From an uncultured Acidobacteriota bacterium (GTDB taxonomy: Bacteria; Acidobacteriota; Vicinamibacteria; Vicinamibacterales; UBA2999): a stretch of 64,000 nucleotides of DNA. A program made the translations under genes and the position numbers. Shown here piece after piece: positions 21,264 through 31,017 of this stretch. Position 1 is the stretch's first letter. Every line of letters starts with the position of its first letter. The stretch spans positions 322,015-386,014 of the forward strand of contig CAWDJL010000006.1 in NCBI GenBank assembly GCA_963802675.1, read 5' to 3'. The notes beneath the pieces were generated by a model that worked only from the letters and a program-made list of their open reading frames with translations, was not told the DNA's origin and did not search any database.

Positions 21264-21809
21264 TCACCGCCCCGCTGCCTCCGCCGCCGACATCCGCTGC
21301 TGTCGGATCCGCGTCAGGTGGGGGACGATGCCGAGCAGGCGTTCGATGACCATCAGCTTGGCGCGATGGTGCATTTCATGCTCCTTGACGCCGAGCAGCA
21401 TCTCGAAGCGTGTGCGGCTCGAAGGCTGGACCGGGGGTGGAAAGCTGACGGTTTCGGCCAGCTGCTCGGGGGTCATCGCGTCGAGGAACTGGGCGAAGTC
21501 ATCGCCGCCCTTACGCAGCGCCTCGACGATCTGCGACTTCGTTGTCAGGCCCTTCTCGATTTCGACGCTCTTGCTCATGTAGTGGCTGAAGTCTTCGAAT
21601 GAGATGAACGTCTTCTTGTCGACTGCATGAGCTTTCGGGTGCCACCACGTAGCCGCCGCAACGTGCGCCAGCTCCTGGGCCACGGTCCGCATGTCCGGCG
21701 TCGCCTGATAACCATACTTGTCGTCCGGAATGTCTTCCGCAATTTGTATGGTGTTCCGGCGCACCGTGCGGAAGGCTTCGGCCATTTCCTTGCCGCCGTA
21801 GTAAGTCAT
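21264..21809 (-). CDS. DinB family protein
   Basis: ATG 21809 is preceded by GGAGG. ELAHVAAATWWH..LLGVKEHEMHHRAKLMVIERL gives the DinB His triad. Confidence 0.85.
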   Translation of the reverse strand: MTYYGGKEMAEAFRTVRRNTIQIAEDIPDDKYGYQATPDMRTVAQELAHVAAATWWHPKAHAVDKKTFISFEDFSHYMSKSVEIEKGLTTKSQIVEALRKGGDDFAQFLDAMTPEQLAETVSFPPPVQPSSRTRFEMLLGVKEHEMHHRAKLMVIERLLGIVPHLTRIRQQRMSAAEAAGR

Positions 21810-21908
21810 CTCCGACCTCCGAGTCTCTCCTAATGTAGCGCACCCCGGCCGTGGGGAATAGCCGGACGAATCCGGGGTTCTCTGGGTGGAGCCTTTCTGG
21901 AGGGTCAC

Positions 21909-22349
21909 ATGCGACACACGGTCCGATTAGTGGCGGTCATCTCGTTCGTGGTTGTTGCCGCGTCCTCGACCGCCGGCCAATCCAAGCCCGATTCCCTCTA
22001 CAAGCGTCTTGGCGGCTACGATGCCATTGCCGCGGTCGTGGACAATTTCGTGCCGCGCCTCGTCAAGGATCCGATGCTCGGGAAGTATTTCGTCCATTCC
22101 CAGGACACGCTGATGCACATCCGGCAGCTGGTCGTCGACCAGATTTGCGCGGCAACCGGTGGGCCGTGCGTCAACATTGGACGGGACATGAAGACGGCCC
22201 ACAAGGGTCTGGGAATTTCCGGTGCGGAGTGGGACACGGCGGTCAAGCACCTCGTCGCAACGCTCGATCAATTCAAGGTGCCGTCAGCCGAAAAGGACGA
22301 GCTCCTGAAGACTGTCGGGACGCTATGGGCCGACATCGTCGAGAAGTAG
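21909..22349 (+). CDS. group-1 truncated haemoglobin with an N-terminal signal peptide
   Basis: MRHTVRLVAVISFVVVAASSTAGQ is followed by SLYKRLGGYDAIAAVVDNFVPRLVKDPMLGKYF, the trHbN signature. Confidence 0.85.
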   Translation: MRHTVRLVAVISFVVVAASSTAGQSKPDSLYKRLGGYDAIAAVVDNFVPRLVKDPMLGKYFVHSQDTLMHIRQLVVDQICAATGGPCVNIGRDMKTAHKGLGISGAEWDTAVKHLVATLDQFKVPSAEKDELLKTVGTLWADIVEK

Positions 22350-22369
22350 GTGCCGAGCGGTGGCCACGT

Positions 22370-22444
22370 CAGTTTTTCAGTTGTCAATTGCCAGTTCAAA
22401 GAGCCGCGCACTGCTTTGAACTGGAAACTGGAAACTGACAACTG
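22370..22444. repeat. composite hairpin with CAGTTNN heptamer arms
   Basis: Left arm: CAGTTTT TCAGTTG TCAATTG CCAGTTC AAAG. Loop: AGCCGCGCACTG. Right arm: CTTTGAACTGGAAACTGGAAACTGACAACTG. It starts 20 nt after the stop at 22349. Confidence 0.85.
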
Positions 22445-22500
22445 ATGCCGTCTCTCACGGGGACCAGTCCTGTAGTTTGGGACAGCCTCGATTGCGGCGG

Positions 22501-23856
22501 TCAGCCGGCGTCGAGTGCGTCGCGCACCTTTTGCGCGAGAGCTGCCGGAGTAAACGGCTTGGCCAGGAAGTTCGCGTCGCACTGCACCGGGTCGCCCGAT
22601 GAATGGGCGTCAGCATAACCGGACATGAACAGCACCTTGACGCCGGGGGTGAGCCGTCCCAGCTCGCGGATCAGCTGTCGCCCGTCCATGCCCGGCATGA
22701 CGAGGTCCGAGACGATGAGGTCGAAGCGGCGGCCTTCGCGGGTGAGCCGAATGGCCGCGTCGGGATCGGCGGCGTCGGTCACGCGATAGCCGAGACGTCC
22801 GAGGAGCGCGCGGGTCAGTTCGCGCACGGCAGGTTCATCCTCGACGAGCAGGACTGTCTCGCTACCGCCGCGCAGCGGACTGGCGGCTGGCGGATGCAGT
22901 GAGTCGAGCGGTCTGCTCGTCAGCGGAATGCGGAGTGTCATCGTCGTGCCGCGACTGGGCGCCGTTGAGACGTCGACGAACCCGCCCGCCTGTTCGACCA
23001 ATCCCTTGATGATGGCCAGTCCAAGTCCGGCCCCGGTGCCCAAGCGCTTGGTCGTGAAGAACGGCTCGAACAGGCGCGCACGGACGGCTTCGTCCATGCC
23101 GGCGCCGGTATCTGTGACCGACAGACGCAGATGCGGTTGTGTCGCTTGTGCGTTTGGCGCGTCCACCCATGCATCCGCTTCCACCACCGTCCCGATGGTC
23201 AGGATACCTCCGGCGGGCATGGCATCGCGCGCGTTGAGGACGAGGCTGGTGAGCATCTGCATCAACTCCGACGGGTCGATGTGAATGCTCGCGCCGCGCG
23301 CAGTTAGCTTGGTGGCGACTGTCACGCGCGCGCCCGCCAATTGCTCGAGTGGCTTGACGGCTTCGTCGCGGAGGAACTGATCAATCTCGATCACGCGGGG
23401 GTGCGATGCCTGCTTGCGGCTCAGCACCAGCAACTTCTGGGTGAGTTCCTTTGCGCCAGTGCACGCGCGAAGTATTTCGCCGAGACGCTCGCGAGAGCCA
23501 GCCGGCGTCTGCTCATCCTCATTGAGGAGCATCGCGTAGCCCGTGATGATCGTCAGCAGGTTGTTGAAGTCATGCGCCATCCCCCCGGCGAGTCGACCGA
23601 CGACTTGCTGCAATCGGTCGTCGTGCCGGGCGAGTTCGCCGCGCAGTCGCTCTCCTTCGGCACGTGCGGCGGCGAGGTCGGCGTGGAGTGAAGCGATCTC
23701 GTCCTGCGGGGCGTCAGAGGCCCCGCAATGGCTCCCGGCCTTGGGGGGAAGGAGTTCCGCCGAGCAGCGACGACAAGGACATGGGTCGGGGCGGAATTGA
23801 CGACTGGTGAGCGAATCGGGGCGATCTTGACGCTCCCCGACTCGCTTTTTCGTCAA
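22501..23856 (-). CDS. hybrid sensor histidine kinase / response regulator (start uncertain)
   Basis: H-box GGMAHDFNNLLTII; N/G boxes LNARDAMP, DTGAGM, GTGAGLGLA; C-terminal REC VLLVEDEP..DLVMPGMDG..AKPF. TTG 23856 is the first start that does not overlap the M14 gene. Confidence 0.85.
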   Translation of the reverse strand: MTKKRVGERQDRPDSLTSRQFRPDPCPCRRCSAELLPPKAGSHCGASDAPQDEIASLHADLAAARAEGERLRGELARHDDRLQQVVGRLAGGMAHDFNNLLTIITGYAMLLNEDEQTPAGSRERLGEILRACTGAKELTQKLLVLSRKQASHPRVIEIDQFLRDEAVKPLEQLAGARVTVATKLTARGASIHIDPSELMQMLTSLVLNARDAMPAGGILTIGTVVEADAWVDAPNAQATQPHLRLSVTDTGAGMDEAVRARLFEPFFTTKRLGTGAGLGLAIIKGLVEQAGGFVDVSTAPSRGTTMTLRIPLTSRPLDSLHPPAASPLRGGSETVLLVEDEPAVRELTRALLGRLGYRVTDAADPDAAIRLTREGRRFDLIVSDLVMPGMDGRQLIRELGRLTPGVKVLFMSGYADAHSSGDPVQCDANFLAKPFTPAALAQKVRDALDAG

Positions 23857-23905
23857 TCCCGCCCGTCGGCAGCAAAGAGGGTGCCGGGGATCGGCCCCTC
23901 CGTGG

Positions 23906-26771
23906 CTAGCGCTGACCGGCGGTGGTTTCGCGCGACGGGACGCCGACGGGCGATGCCGTGCCGTAGTAGATCCCGTTGAACAACAACTTGAATGTCCCGT
24001 GCGGTTGCGAACGGAACGTAATCTCCGGACCGAAGAGGAAGACCTTGCCCTTTCCCAGTGCGGCCTCCGCTGCCGCGACGCCACCCTCGAGGTAGTGCTG
24101 GCCCCAGGCCCACCCGGAGCGCAATGGTGCCTTGCTGTCGAACCACGCGACCGGCCGCACGCCGCGGAGCGACGCGTCGGGCGCGAGGTGCAGCACCGGG
24201 CTGTTGTCGAACATCACATCCACTTGCTTTGGCATGCCAAACGCAACGGGGTTGGTGTTGTCCACTGCCACGCGCAGCAGCGATCCTGGAATGTAGAACT
24301 TGTCGTTCGGGAGCCGTCGTTCGGTGCCATCCGGTTGCGACTCGACGAGATGGTCGCCCACAGGCAGCCCCAAGTGATACCCCAGAACGGCCGACCCTCC
24401 GAACGCCACGATCGCTCCCCCGGCCTCCACGAACTGCTTGATCTGAGGGATCGTCTGCTTGACGGTGACGCGCCCTAGGTGGCTCTTATATTCGGCCGGA
24501 ATGTCCGTCGCAGTGGGTTGCCCGCCACCGAAGCCTCCACCTCCACCTCCACTGCCTCCGCCCTCACCCTCAGGAATTCCGCCGTCCGGGAAAAGCAGGA
24601 CGTCGTACTTCGCCTTCAGGTTGCCTGCATCGAGCGTCCCCGGGAACACGACCTCGAACGGGAACTCGAACTGCTCGAGCATGAAGCGAACCCATCCCGA
24701 GGGCATCGAGCCGCCGTACTGATCCCACAATCCGATCCTCACGGGGTTGAGTTTGTAGAGCGCGCCCGGCGGCTTTTGCGTCACGGCCGTGAACGTCAAG
24801 CCGAGATCGTTCGCGGCGGTCTTCAGCACCGCGAGGGTCGACGGCTTGGCGGCGATGTACATGACCCCGATGCCGTCCGTGCTTTGCCACGTCCGATCGC
24901 CGACGAAGAACACTTCTTCGTTGCGCCTTCAACAGACGGTTGACGGCGATGAACGCATCGTTCACGCCGTGGCTGACGACATACCCCGTCGCGTTGCCGA
25001 GCTTCGACGACGCGTCCGGGCGGGGGCTTGATGGGCTCGGGTCCGAGCTTGACGAGCGGGCCATCGACGTCTTCGAGGATCGCGATCGAACTGAACGCCC
25101 ATCTGATACGCGAGCGTCCAGCCGGCGCTGTCATACGGCGGAATCGGAGGACCGCCGGGGAATTGGAAATCGTTCGGATGATCCTGCGGCTCGAACATGT
25201 CGAGAACGTGCGGCCGGAACGCCTGCGCCATCTTCACGACATACGAACCGGCGGGGTATTGTTTCCCACCCGCGGTGAAGGGAGCGCTTGCGCGATGGAT
25301 CTGGATGCCGGTCTTGATCAGCGCATTCATGAATTTCGTTGCGGTCAGGAAGTCGGTCTGATCGGCAGGCAGGACATACGCGCGCGCATCACGCCACTCG
25401 GGCCGCTTCATGAGCTTGTCGTACTGATCCATCGGGACCGGGCGCTGGCCGCCGAAGCCGCCTCCGCCACCCGGTCCGGCCGCAGGCGTCGCCGGCTTGT
25501 TCCGCGCGATCTCGTCCTTCACCGCCTGGATGCGCTTCGGATACATCGTCCAGGTATCTTTCGATCCTTTCTCGATGGAGTCCTTGCCCATCTTGTAGAT
25601 GTTGTAGAGGAAGTGCTCCTTGTTGCGGGACGCCACGTCGAGGACCGCGCGGTTGGCGGTAATCGAATACTCGATCGACTGGCGGAAGTGCCACGTCTGC
25701 GGAGCGATCGGGAAGCGGCAGATCGGCGCTCATGATCTGTCGATCGGGCACGAATGCCACTTCGATCGGGGTGGGATTGCCGATGCTTTCGGTGAGTAGC
25801 CCAATCATGTTGTGGAAGTACACCGTCGTTCGTAGACCGCCGTTCCACCAGGTCGAATAGTTCGCGCCGCGCCTCATCGTGGCGCCGGGCTTGTTCTCGG
25901 CCACGAAGCGGTTGTGCATCGCCGAGCCGACGACGTCGAGGCCGGTGATGATGAGCGGGTGATAGACGTAGTTGGCCGGATCGCGGAAGGGAGGCGCGAA
26001 CAGAATCGTGCCGGTTGGTCCTGTCTGGTGGTGGTTGTACATGATCTGCGGGAACCACTCGTAGTACAGGATGCGATTCATGTTGGTCGACTCGGGCTGC
26101 GCCGACATGTAGAAGTCGCGGTTGTTGTCGTGCCCGACGTACTTCTGATAGAGGCGCGGGATGCCGCTGGTTGATCGCCGCTTGGGATCCTGATTGCGCA
26201 TGTACCAGTCGGAGACGAGCTCCATGCCGTCGGGATTCGCATGGACGGCCAGGACGATCACGTCTCGGAGGAACCTCATCGTCTCTTCGTCGGTGCGGCT
26301 GACGAGCTGATAGACCGTTTCCATCAACTGCTGCGCGCCGAGGACCTCGGTGGCGTGCAGGCCGCCGTCGATCCACACGACGGCCTTGCCGTCGCGAGCG
26401 AGCTGCCGTGCCTGTTCGTCGGTCAGGCCCTCGGCGAGCGCCAGCCGCTTGGCGATGTCCTTGTATTTCTGCAGGTTCTTGTGGTTCTCCGGCGCGGTGA
26501 TGATGGCCATCAGCTGATCGCGGCCCTCGGCGGTCTTGCCGATGCTCTGCAGGATCATGCGGTCGGAATCGGCGTCGAGCTTGCGGAAGAACTCGCCGAA
26601 CTTGGTGTAGTTCGGCAGGACGTAGTCGGCGCCGATCGGATGGCCGAAGAGCTGCTCCGGCGTGGTGACCTTGACCGCGGGTTGGGCGGTGGGGGTCGCG
26701 GACGCGAGGGAGAGCGTCAGCAGGAGAAAGAGGATCGCGGATGGACGGCGTCTGCGGTGCATACGGTGCAT
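23906..26771 (-). pseudogene. large secreted M14-family metallocarboxypeptidase-like protein, frame broken at four points
   Basis: Signal plus HATEVLG..HANPDG..GHDNNRDF (zinc site) run to ~25712. Next comes PIAPQTWHFRQSIEYS..NIYKMGKDSIEKG..AGWTLAYQMGVQFDR, then ILEDVDGPLVKLGPEPIKPPP, then PDASSKLGNATGYVVSHGVNDAFIAVNRLLKA, then NEEVFFVGDRTWQ..to 23906. The breaks are at ~25710-25712 (GGG), 25081-25084 (CGCG), 25018-25026 (G runs) and ~24923-24927. Confidence 0.85.
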
Positions 26772-26842
26772 GGCAAGTCCTTGGGCAATACCGTTGGGAA
26801 GGGACCACTGTATCGCGATTGGCGGGCGTGGGGTGTCGCCAA

Positions 26843-27692
26843 TTGTCAGTCGGGGTTAAGGGGCCTGTCCCCTTTTATGCATGAGACACTTCTTGTCAGT
26901 CGGTAGGCGGGAACCTTCAGACCAAACAGCGCCTTTTTCAATCGTCGTGGTGTTCAAGAATGCTGCTGTGCGGCGGAATCGCAGGGTCCTGATGCCAGGC
27001 CGTCCGCGCGGGCCGTCCCCGTACGTCGGGATTCCGAATGTGCCTGATCTCTGCGATCGGCTGCGCGGCGTTCACGACATCGGCCCAACAGTCCGGCAAC
27101 CAGTAGGGTAGCGGGTCCAGCAGTTGGTCGATGTCGATCGCCCGGAGCGTCAGGCTGCTCCATATCCAGTCTTCTGCCTTCTCGACCAACTGAGCGCGGA
27201 GCGGATTGGCCTCGATGTAGCGGAGCACCGCTAAAAAGTGTCGCGCGTCCGTAATCCCGTCGCTCCAGAATCGTCGTTGGAAGACGTGACCCTGGCCGGT
27301 CGTCTTGGTCATCGATCGAAAGTCGCAGGCATAGCAACCTTGAACCCAGTGCATGTACGCAGATAGTGCGCCGTCGCTCACGGGCGACAAGAGAGCGTGA
27401 AAGTGATTGGGCATGAGGCAGACACCATAGATGTTGATGTCAAAGCGTTGCTTCCCTCGCGCAAGTAGACCGAGAAACGCTTCATAATCAGCATCTTTTA
27501 AGAAGATGCGGCGACGGTCATTTCCACGATTCAAGACGTGGAACGACTCGCCAGCCGGCGCGAATCGGCGGTGTCGTGGTGACATCGGCTCCTCTGAACC
27601 CAGGAGCAGAGGCAAGGCCGATGCCGCGAGAGAGTCCTGTCTCATTTGTTCATCGACAGTTCTTGTCACTTGCATAAAAGGGGACAGGCCCC
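26843..27692 (-). mobile_element. REPtron: RAYT gene flanked by inverted REP units
   Basis: The REP unit at 26858-26899 (GGGGCCTGTCCCCTTTTATGCA..) and the REP unit at 27655-27692 (..TGCATAAAAGGGGACAGGCCCC) are in opposite orientation on either side of the transposase gene. An 11-bp direct repeat TTGTCAGTCGG occurs at 26843-26853 and 26893-26903. Confidence 0.8.
26938..27585 (-). CDS. REP-associated tyrosine transposase (RAYT, IS200/IS605 Y1 superfamily)
   Basis: ATG 27585 follows GAGGAG. FHVLNRGNDRRRIF..YGVCLMPNHFHALL (HuH)..VFQRRFWS..LRYIEANPLRAQLV..WIWSS. GC content is visibly lower than in neighbouring genes. Confidence 0.85.
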   Translation of the reverse strand: MSPRHRRFAPAGESFHVLNRGNDRRRIFLKDADYEAFLGLLARGKQRFDINIYGVCLMPNHFHALLSPVSDGALSAYMHWVQGCYACDFRSMTKTTGQGHVFQRRFWSDGITDARHFLAVLRYIEANPLRAQLVEKAEDWIWSSLTLRAIDIDQLLDPLPYWLPDCWADVVNAAQPIAEIRHIRNPDVRGRPARTAWHQDPAIPPHSSILEHHDD

Positions 27693-27696
27693 GAAC

Positions 27697-28884
27697 TCAG
27701 CGAATTGCGCCGGTTGATCGCAAGGACCGCAACTCCTCCTCCCCATACCCAGCCGCGCGCAGGACCTCCTCCGTGTGCTCCCCCAACATCGGCGCGCGTC
27801 GACGAGGGTCGAGCGGTGTCGCCGACATCTTGATCGGCGTCCCGAGCGCGCGTAGGTGCCCGAGCGTGGGGTGCTCGACCTCCACCGCCAATTCCCGTGC
27901 GGCGACTTGCGGGTCGGCAAAGACTTCAGCGTAAGTATTGATAGGGCCGCACGGGATCCCCGCGGCCTCGAGCTTTTGCAGCCAGTCCGCGCACCTCGAC
28001 CCCAGCGTGGCCGCCTCGATCTGAGTGGCCAACGCGACGCGGTGCTGAACACGTGACGCATCGCTCGCAAACCGCGGATCGCGTGCCCACTCTGCGTGAC
28101 CAAGAACCGTCGCGAGCTTCGAGAACGTCCGATCGTTGGCGGCCCCGATCGTGATGAAGCCATCCGCGCAACGAAACGCCTGATACGGCGCACTCATGCG
28201 ATGGGCCGATCCCAGACGCTGCGGATCCTGACCCGCAAAGAACTCGGTCGCCTCCCACACCGACAACGCGACCCCCGCATCGAGCAGCGAGGTGTCGATG
28301 TGCTGCCCACGTCCAGTCGAGGTGCGCCAATGAATTGCGGCGAGAATCGCCGCCAACGCGAACAGGCCCGCGCCGAGGTCTGTCAGCGGCAGCCCGGCCT
28401 TTACCGGCGGTCGATCCGGCTCGCCCGTGACCGACATGATGCCTGAGACGCCTTGCGCCACCAGATCAAAGCCGCCTTTGCCCGCTGCGGGGCCGGTTTG
28501 CCCGTATCCGGAGATCGAGGCGTAAACCAGACGAGGGTTGTGCCGTGACAGCGTGGCGAAGTCGAGCCCGAGCCTGGTCATCACTCCAGGCCGATAGTTC
28601 TCGATCAACACATCAGCTGTCCCAGCGAGGCGCCGCAACACCTCGCGACCCTCGGTGCGCTGGAGATCGAGGACAACCCCGAGCTTGCCCCGGTTGACCG
28701 CGTTGAACGCGGCACTGTCGGTGCCGCTCGCGCCGGCCATGGCACGCGTGGAGTCGCCGCTGGGCGGCTCGATCTTGATCACACGCGCGCCCATGTCACA
28801 CAGTAGCATCGCGCAGTACGGCCCAGCCATCACTTGGGTCACGTCGAGCACAACTATGCCTTCGAGCAACGTTTTGTGGGACAT
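27697..28884 (-). CDS. family III CoA-transferase (CaiB/BaiF)
   Basis: Start is ATG 28884 (MSHKTLLEGIVVLDVTQVMAGPYCAMLLCDMGARVIKIEPP). The longer track ORF overlaps the divergent gene. Confidence 0.9.
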   Translation of the reverse strand: MSHKTLLEGIVVLDVTQVMAGPYCAMLLCDMGARVIKIEPPSGDSTRAMAGASGTDSAAFNAVNRGKLGVVLDLQRTEGREVLRRLAGTADVLIENYRPGVMTRLGLDFATLSRHNPRLVYASISGYGQTGPAAGKGGFDLVAQGVSGIMSVTGEPDRPPVKAGLPLTDLGAGLFALAAILAAIHWRTSTGRGQHIDTSLLDAGVALSVWEATEFFAGQDPQRLGSAHRMSAPYQAFRCADGFITIGAANDRTFSKLATVLGHAEWARDPRFASDASRVQHRVALATQIEAATLGSRCADWLQKLEAAGIPCGPINTYAEVFADPQVAARELAVEVEHPTLGHLRALGTPIKMSATPLDPRRRAPMLGEHTEEVLRAAGYGEEELRSLRSTGAIR

Positions 28885-29632
28885 CGATGGATCGATTGGC
28901 ACGCTAACCTTCAATCGCCCGCAGGCGCGTAATGCACTCACCTGGGAGATGTACGACGCACTGAAAGCAGCCTGCGACCAGGTGGATGCGACGCCATCGC
29001 TGCGGGTGCTGGTCATTCGTGGCGCCGGGGACGCATTTGCGGCTGGCACCGACATCGGTCAGTTTCGCGAATTCTCGACCGGTGACGATGGTGTCGCCTA
29101 CGAGCGCCGGCTCGATGCCGTCATCGATCGCCTCGAACGTGTCACCCGTCCCACCCTCGCCGTCGTCGACGGACCAGCGGCGGGAGGCGGCTGCGCCATC
29201 GCGCTCGCGTGCGACCTGCGACTCTGCACGGCACGCGCGAAATTCGGGGTCCCCGTCGCCCGCACGCTGGGCAACTGCCTGTCGATCGCCAACACCGCGC
29301 GGCTCGTCGATCTGATTGGTCCCGCCCGCGCCCGGGACCTTCTCTTCACCGGTCGCCTGATCGATGCAGACGAGGCGATGACGCTTGGACTCGTGACCCG
29401 AATGATCGGCGTGGACGGCATCGATGCCGAAGTGCGCCTGCTCGCGCTCGAGCTGAGCCAGCGCGCCCCCTCGACGATTGCCGCGTCGAAAGCGCTCCTC
29501 CAGGCGATTCGTGCTCACCGCTGCCCACCGCCCGCCGACGACATCATTGCCAAATGTTACGCGAGCAACGAGTTCAAGGAGGGCGTGAAGGCGTTCCTCG
29601 AAGGTCGCAAACCGCGATGGGGCTCTGAATAG
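28856..29632 (+). CDS. enoyl-CoA hydratase/isomerase (crotonase) family protein
   Basis: IGTLTFNRPQARNALT..VIRGAGDAFAAGTDI..AVVDGPAAGGGCAIALACD. ATG 28856 would overlap the divergent gene's 5' end by 29 bp, and the in-frame TTG 28874 is an alternative start. Confidence 0.85.
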   Translation: MPSSNVLWDIDGSIGTLTFNRPQARNALTWEMYDALKAACDQVDATPSLRVLVIRGAGDAFAAGTDIGQFREFSTGDDGVAYERRLDAVIDRLERVTRPTLAVVDGPAAGGGCAIALACDLRLCTARAKFGVPVARTLGNCLSIANTARLVDLIGPARARDLLFTGRLIDADEAMTLGLVTRMIGVDGIDAEVRLLALELSQRAPSTIAASKALLQAIRAHRCPPPADDIIAKCYASNEFKEGVKAFLEGRKPRWGSE

Positions 29633-29653
29633 GATTGCAGAATGTTTGCGGTC

Positions 29654-29731
29654 GGGGACAGGTTCCGTCATCGGGGGACAGGCCCTGTCATCGGGGGACA
29701 GACCCTGTCATCGGGGCCAGGCCCTGTTAAA
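29654..29731. repeat. tandem array (period 20, ~4 copies) of a REP-related palindromic unit GGGGACAGGCCCTGTCATCG
   Basis: Copies lie at 29654-29673, 29674-29693 and 29694-29713, with a degenerate copy at 29714-29731. Each contains GACAGG-C-CCTGTC. The array sits between convergent gene ends. Confidence 0.9.
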
Positions 29732-29778
29732 TCCACGTAAGGTCGCGGCCTCCAGTTTGCGCACGCCAGCCACGACCC

Positions 29779-31017
29779 TCAAAACAGCACCCAGCACAAC
29801 ACTGCGCCGACCACGGTCATCGACAGGCCCCACGCCAAAAGCTGATTGAACACCTGACGCGCGTCGGTCGTCGGCGGCAACGCGGCGAGGCAGAGCGCCC
29901 CGATCGTGGACAGCGGCGACAAATCCACGAGATGACCGCCGACGTTCATGGCCGACGCAATCGCCAGCGCGTCTCCGCCACCGAGGCGTTCCACCAGCCC
30001 CGGCACGGTCGGCAGAAATGCCGGCAGCACTACGCCAGACGTGCTGCTGTAGACCGACACGATGCCGGTCACAAACGCGATCACCCCCGTGACCGTCCCC
30101 GGCGTCGACACGCGCGCCAGCAGGTCGGTGAACAAGTCCATGCCTTGCGTCCGTTCCAGGACACCAATAAGGACCGTGACGCCACAGACCATGAGGACGA
30201 CGTTCCACGGCATCCGCTTGATCGTCTCTTTCTCGTCGGCGGCACCTGCCAGCGAGAGAATCGTCGCGCCCGTGAGCGCAGCCATCCCCACCTGCATGTC
30301 GAACACAACGACGACGAAGACCAGCAGCGCCAGGATGGCAACCGTCAGCCAGTGACGATGATCGAATGGCTCGGTCTCGACCACGTCGGCTCCGTCGGTA
30401 TGCCCGCGACGTTTGAACAGCCGCCAGCCGCCAAATGCGAAATAGGCGACGAACGTGATTACGAGATGCGCGAAGAGATTGTTGGCGTAGGTTTGCCATT
30501 CGACGCCCGCAAGGCCAATGCGAGCCATGACCCCATTGACGATGACGCCGGTCGGCGCGAAAGGTGACAACGCCCCCGCTTGCGCACCGTTGCCAACCAT
30601 CAGGATCATCAGGAACGGCGGTACACCGGCGCGATGGCCAATCGCCATGGCCATCGGCGCCAGCAGGGCCGCGGTCGCAATGTTGCCCGGACCGATCGTC
30701 GAAAGCACCAGCGCCACGAGAAAGAACATCAACGGGATGATGCCGGCATTGCCGTAACACAGGCTCACGGCGCGCGCCGCCAGGCGTTCGAGCGTCCCAT
30801 TGACGTGAGCCATGCCGAAGAGGAGCGTGACGCCCGTCAGTGTGAGAAAGAGCTGGATCGGAAAGGCGCCAATCACGGTGTTCAGCGGCAGTCCACCGAG
30901 GTACACGCCGACTATCCACGCGAGCGCCAGCGACACGATGCCGACGTTCACCTTGGTGAACATGCTGAGGGTGACGGCGGCCAGCAGCGCCACCAGCGAA
31001 ATCCAGGCAATCGACAT
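29779..31017 (-). CDS. anion/organic-acid permease (ArsB/NhaD - CitMHS/DASS-like superfamily)
   Basis: 412-aa polytopic ORF. Its ATG directly abuts the TAG of the upstream oxidase gene (TAG|ATG at 31020-31015), which implies an operon. Confidence 0.75.
   Translation of the reverse strand: MSIAWISLVALLAAVTLSMFTKVNVGIVSLALAWIVGVYLGGLPLNTVIGAFPIQLFLTLTGVTLLFGMAHVNGTLERLAARAVSLCYGNAGIIPLMFFLVALVLSTIGPGNIATAALLAPMAMAIGHRAGVPPFLMILMVGNGAQAGALSPFAPTGVIVNGVMARIGLAGVEWQTYANNLFAHLVITFVAYFAFGGWRLFKRRGHTDGADVVETEPFDHRHWLTVAILALLVFVVVVFDMQVGMAALTGATILSLAGAADEKETIKRMPWNVVLMVCGVTVLIGVLERTQGMDLFTDLLARVSTPGTVTGVIAFVTGIVSVYSSTSGVVLPAFLPTVPGLVERLGGGDALAIASAMNVGGHLVDLSPLSTIGALCLAALPPTTDARQVFNQLLAWGLSMTVVGAVLCWVLF

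Noticed and set aside
28856-28884. A 29-bp overlap of the 5' ends of the divergent CoA-transferase and enoyl-CoA hydratase genes, as a regulatory curiosity.
   Set aside because: It is probably a start-codon choice issue, because the in-frame TTG 28874 shortens it. It cannot be resolved without N-terminal data.
29654-29731. Possible CRISPR array (regular short repeats).
   Set aside because: The units are directly abutted with a period of 20 bp and no spacers. There are only ~4 copies, and no cas genes or leader are present. The sequence belongs to the REP family.
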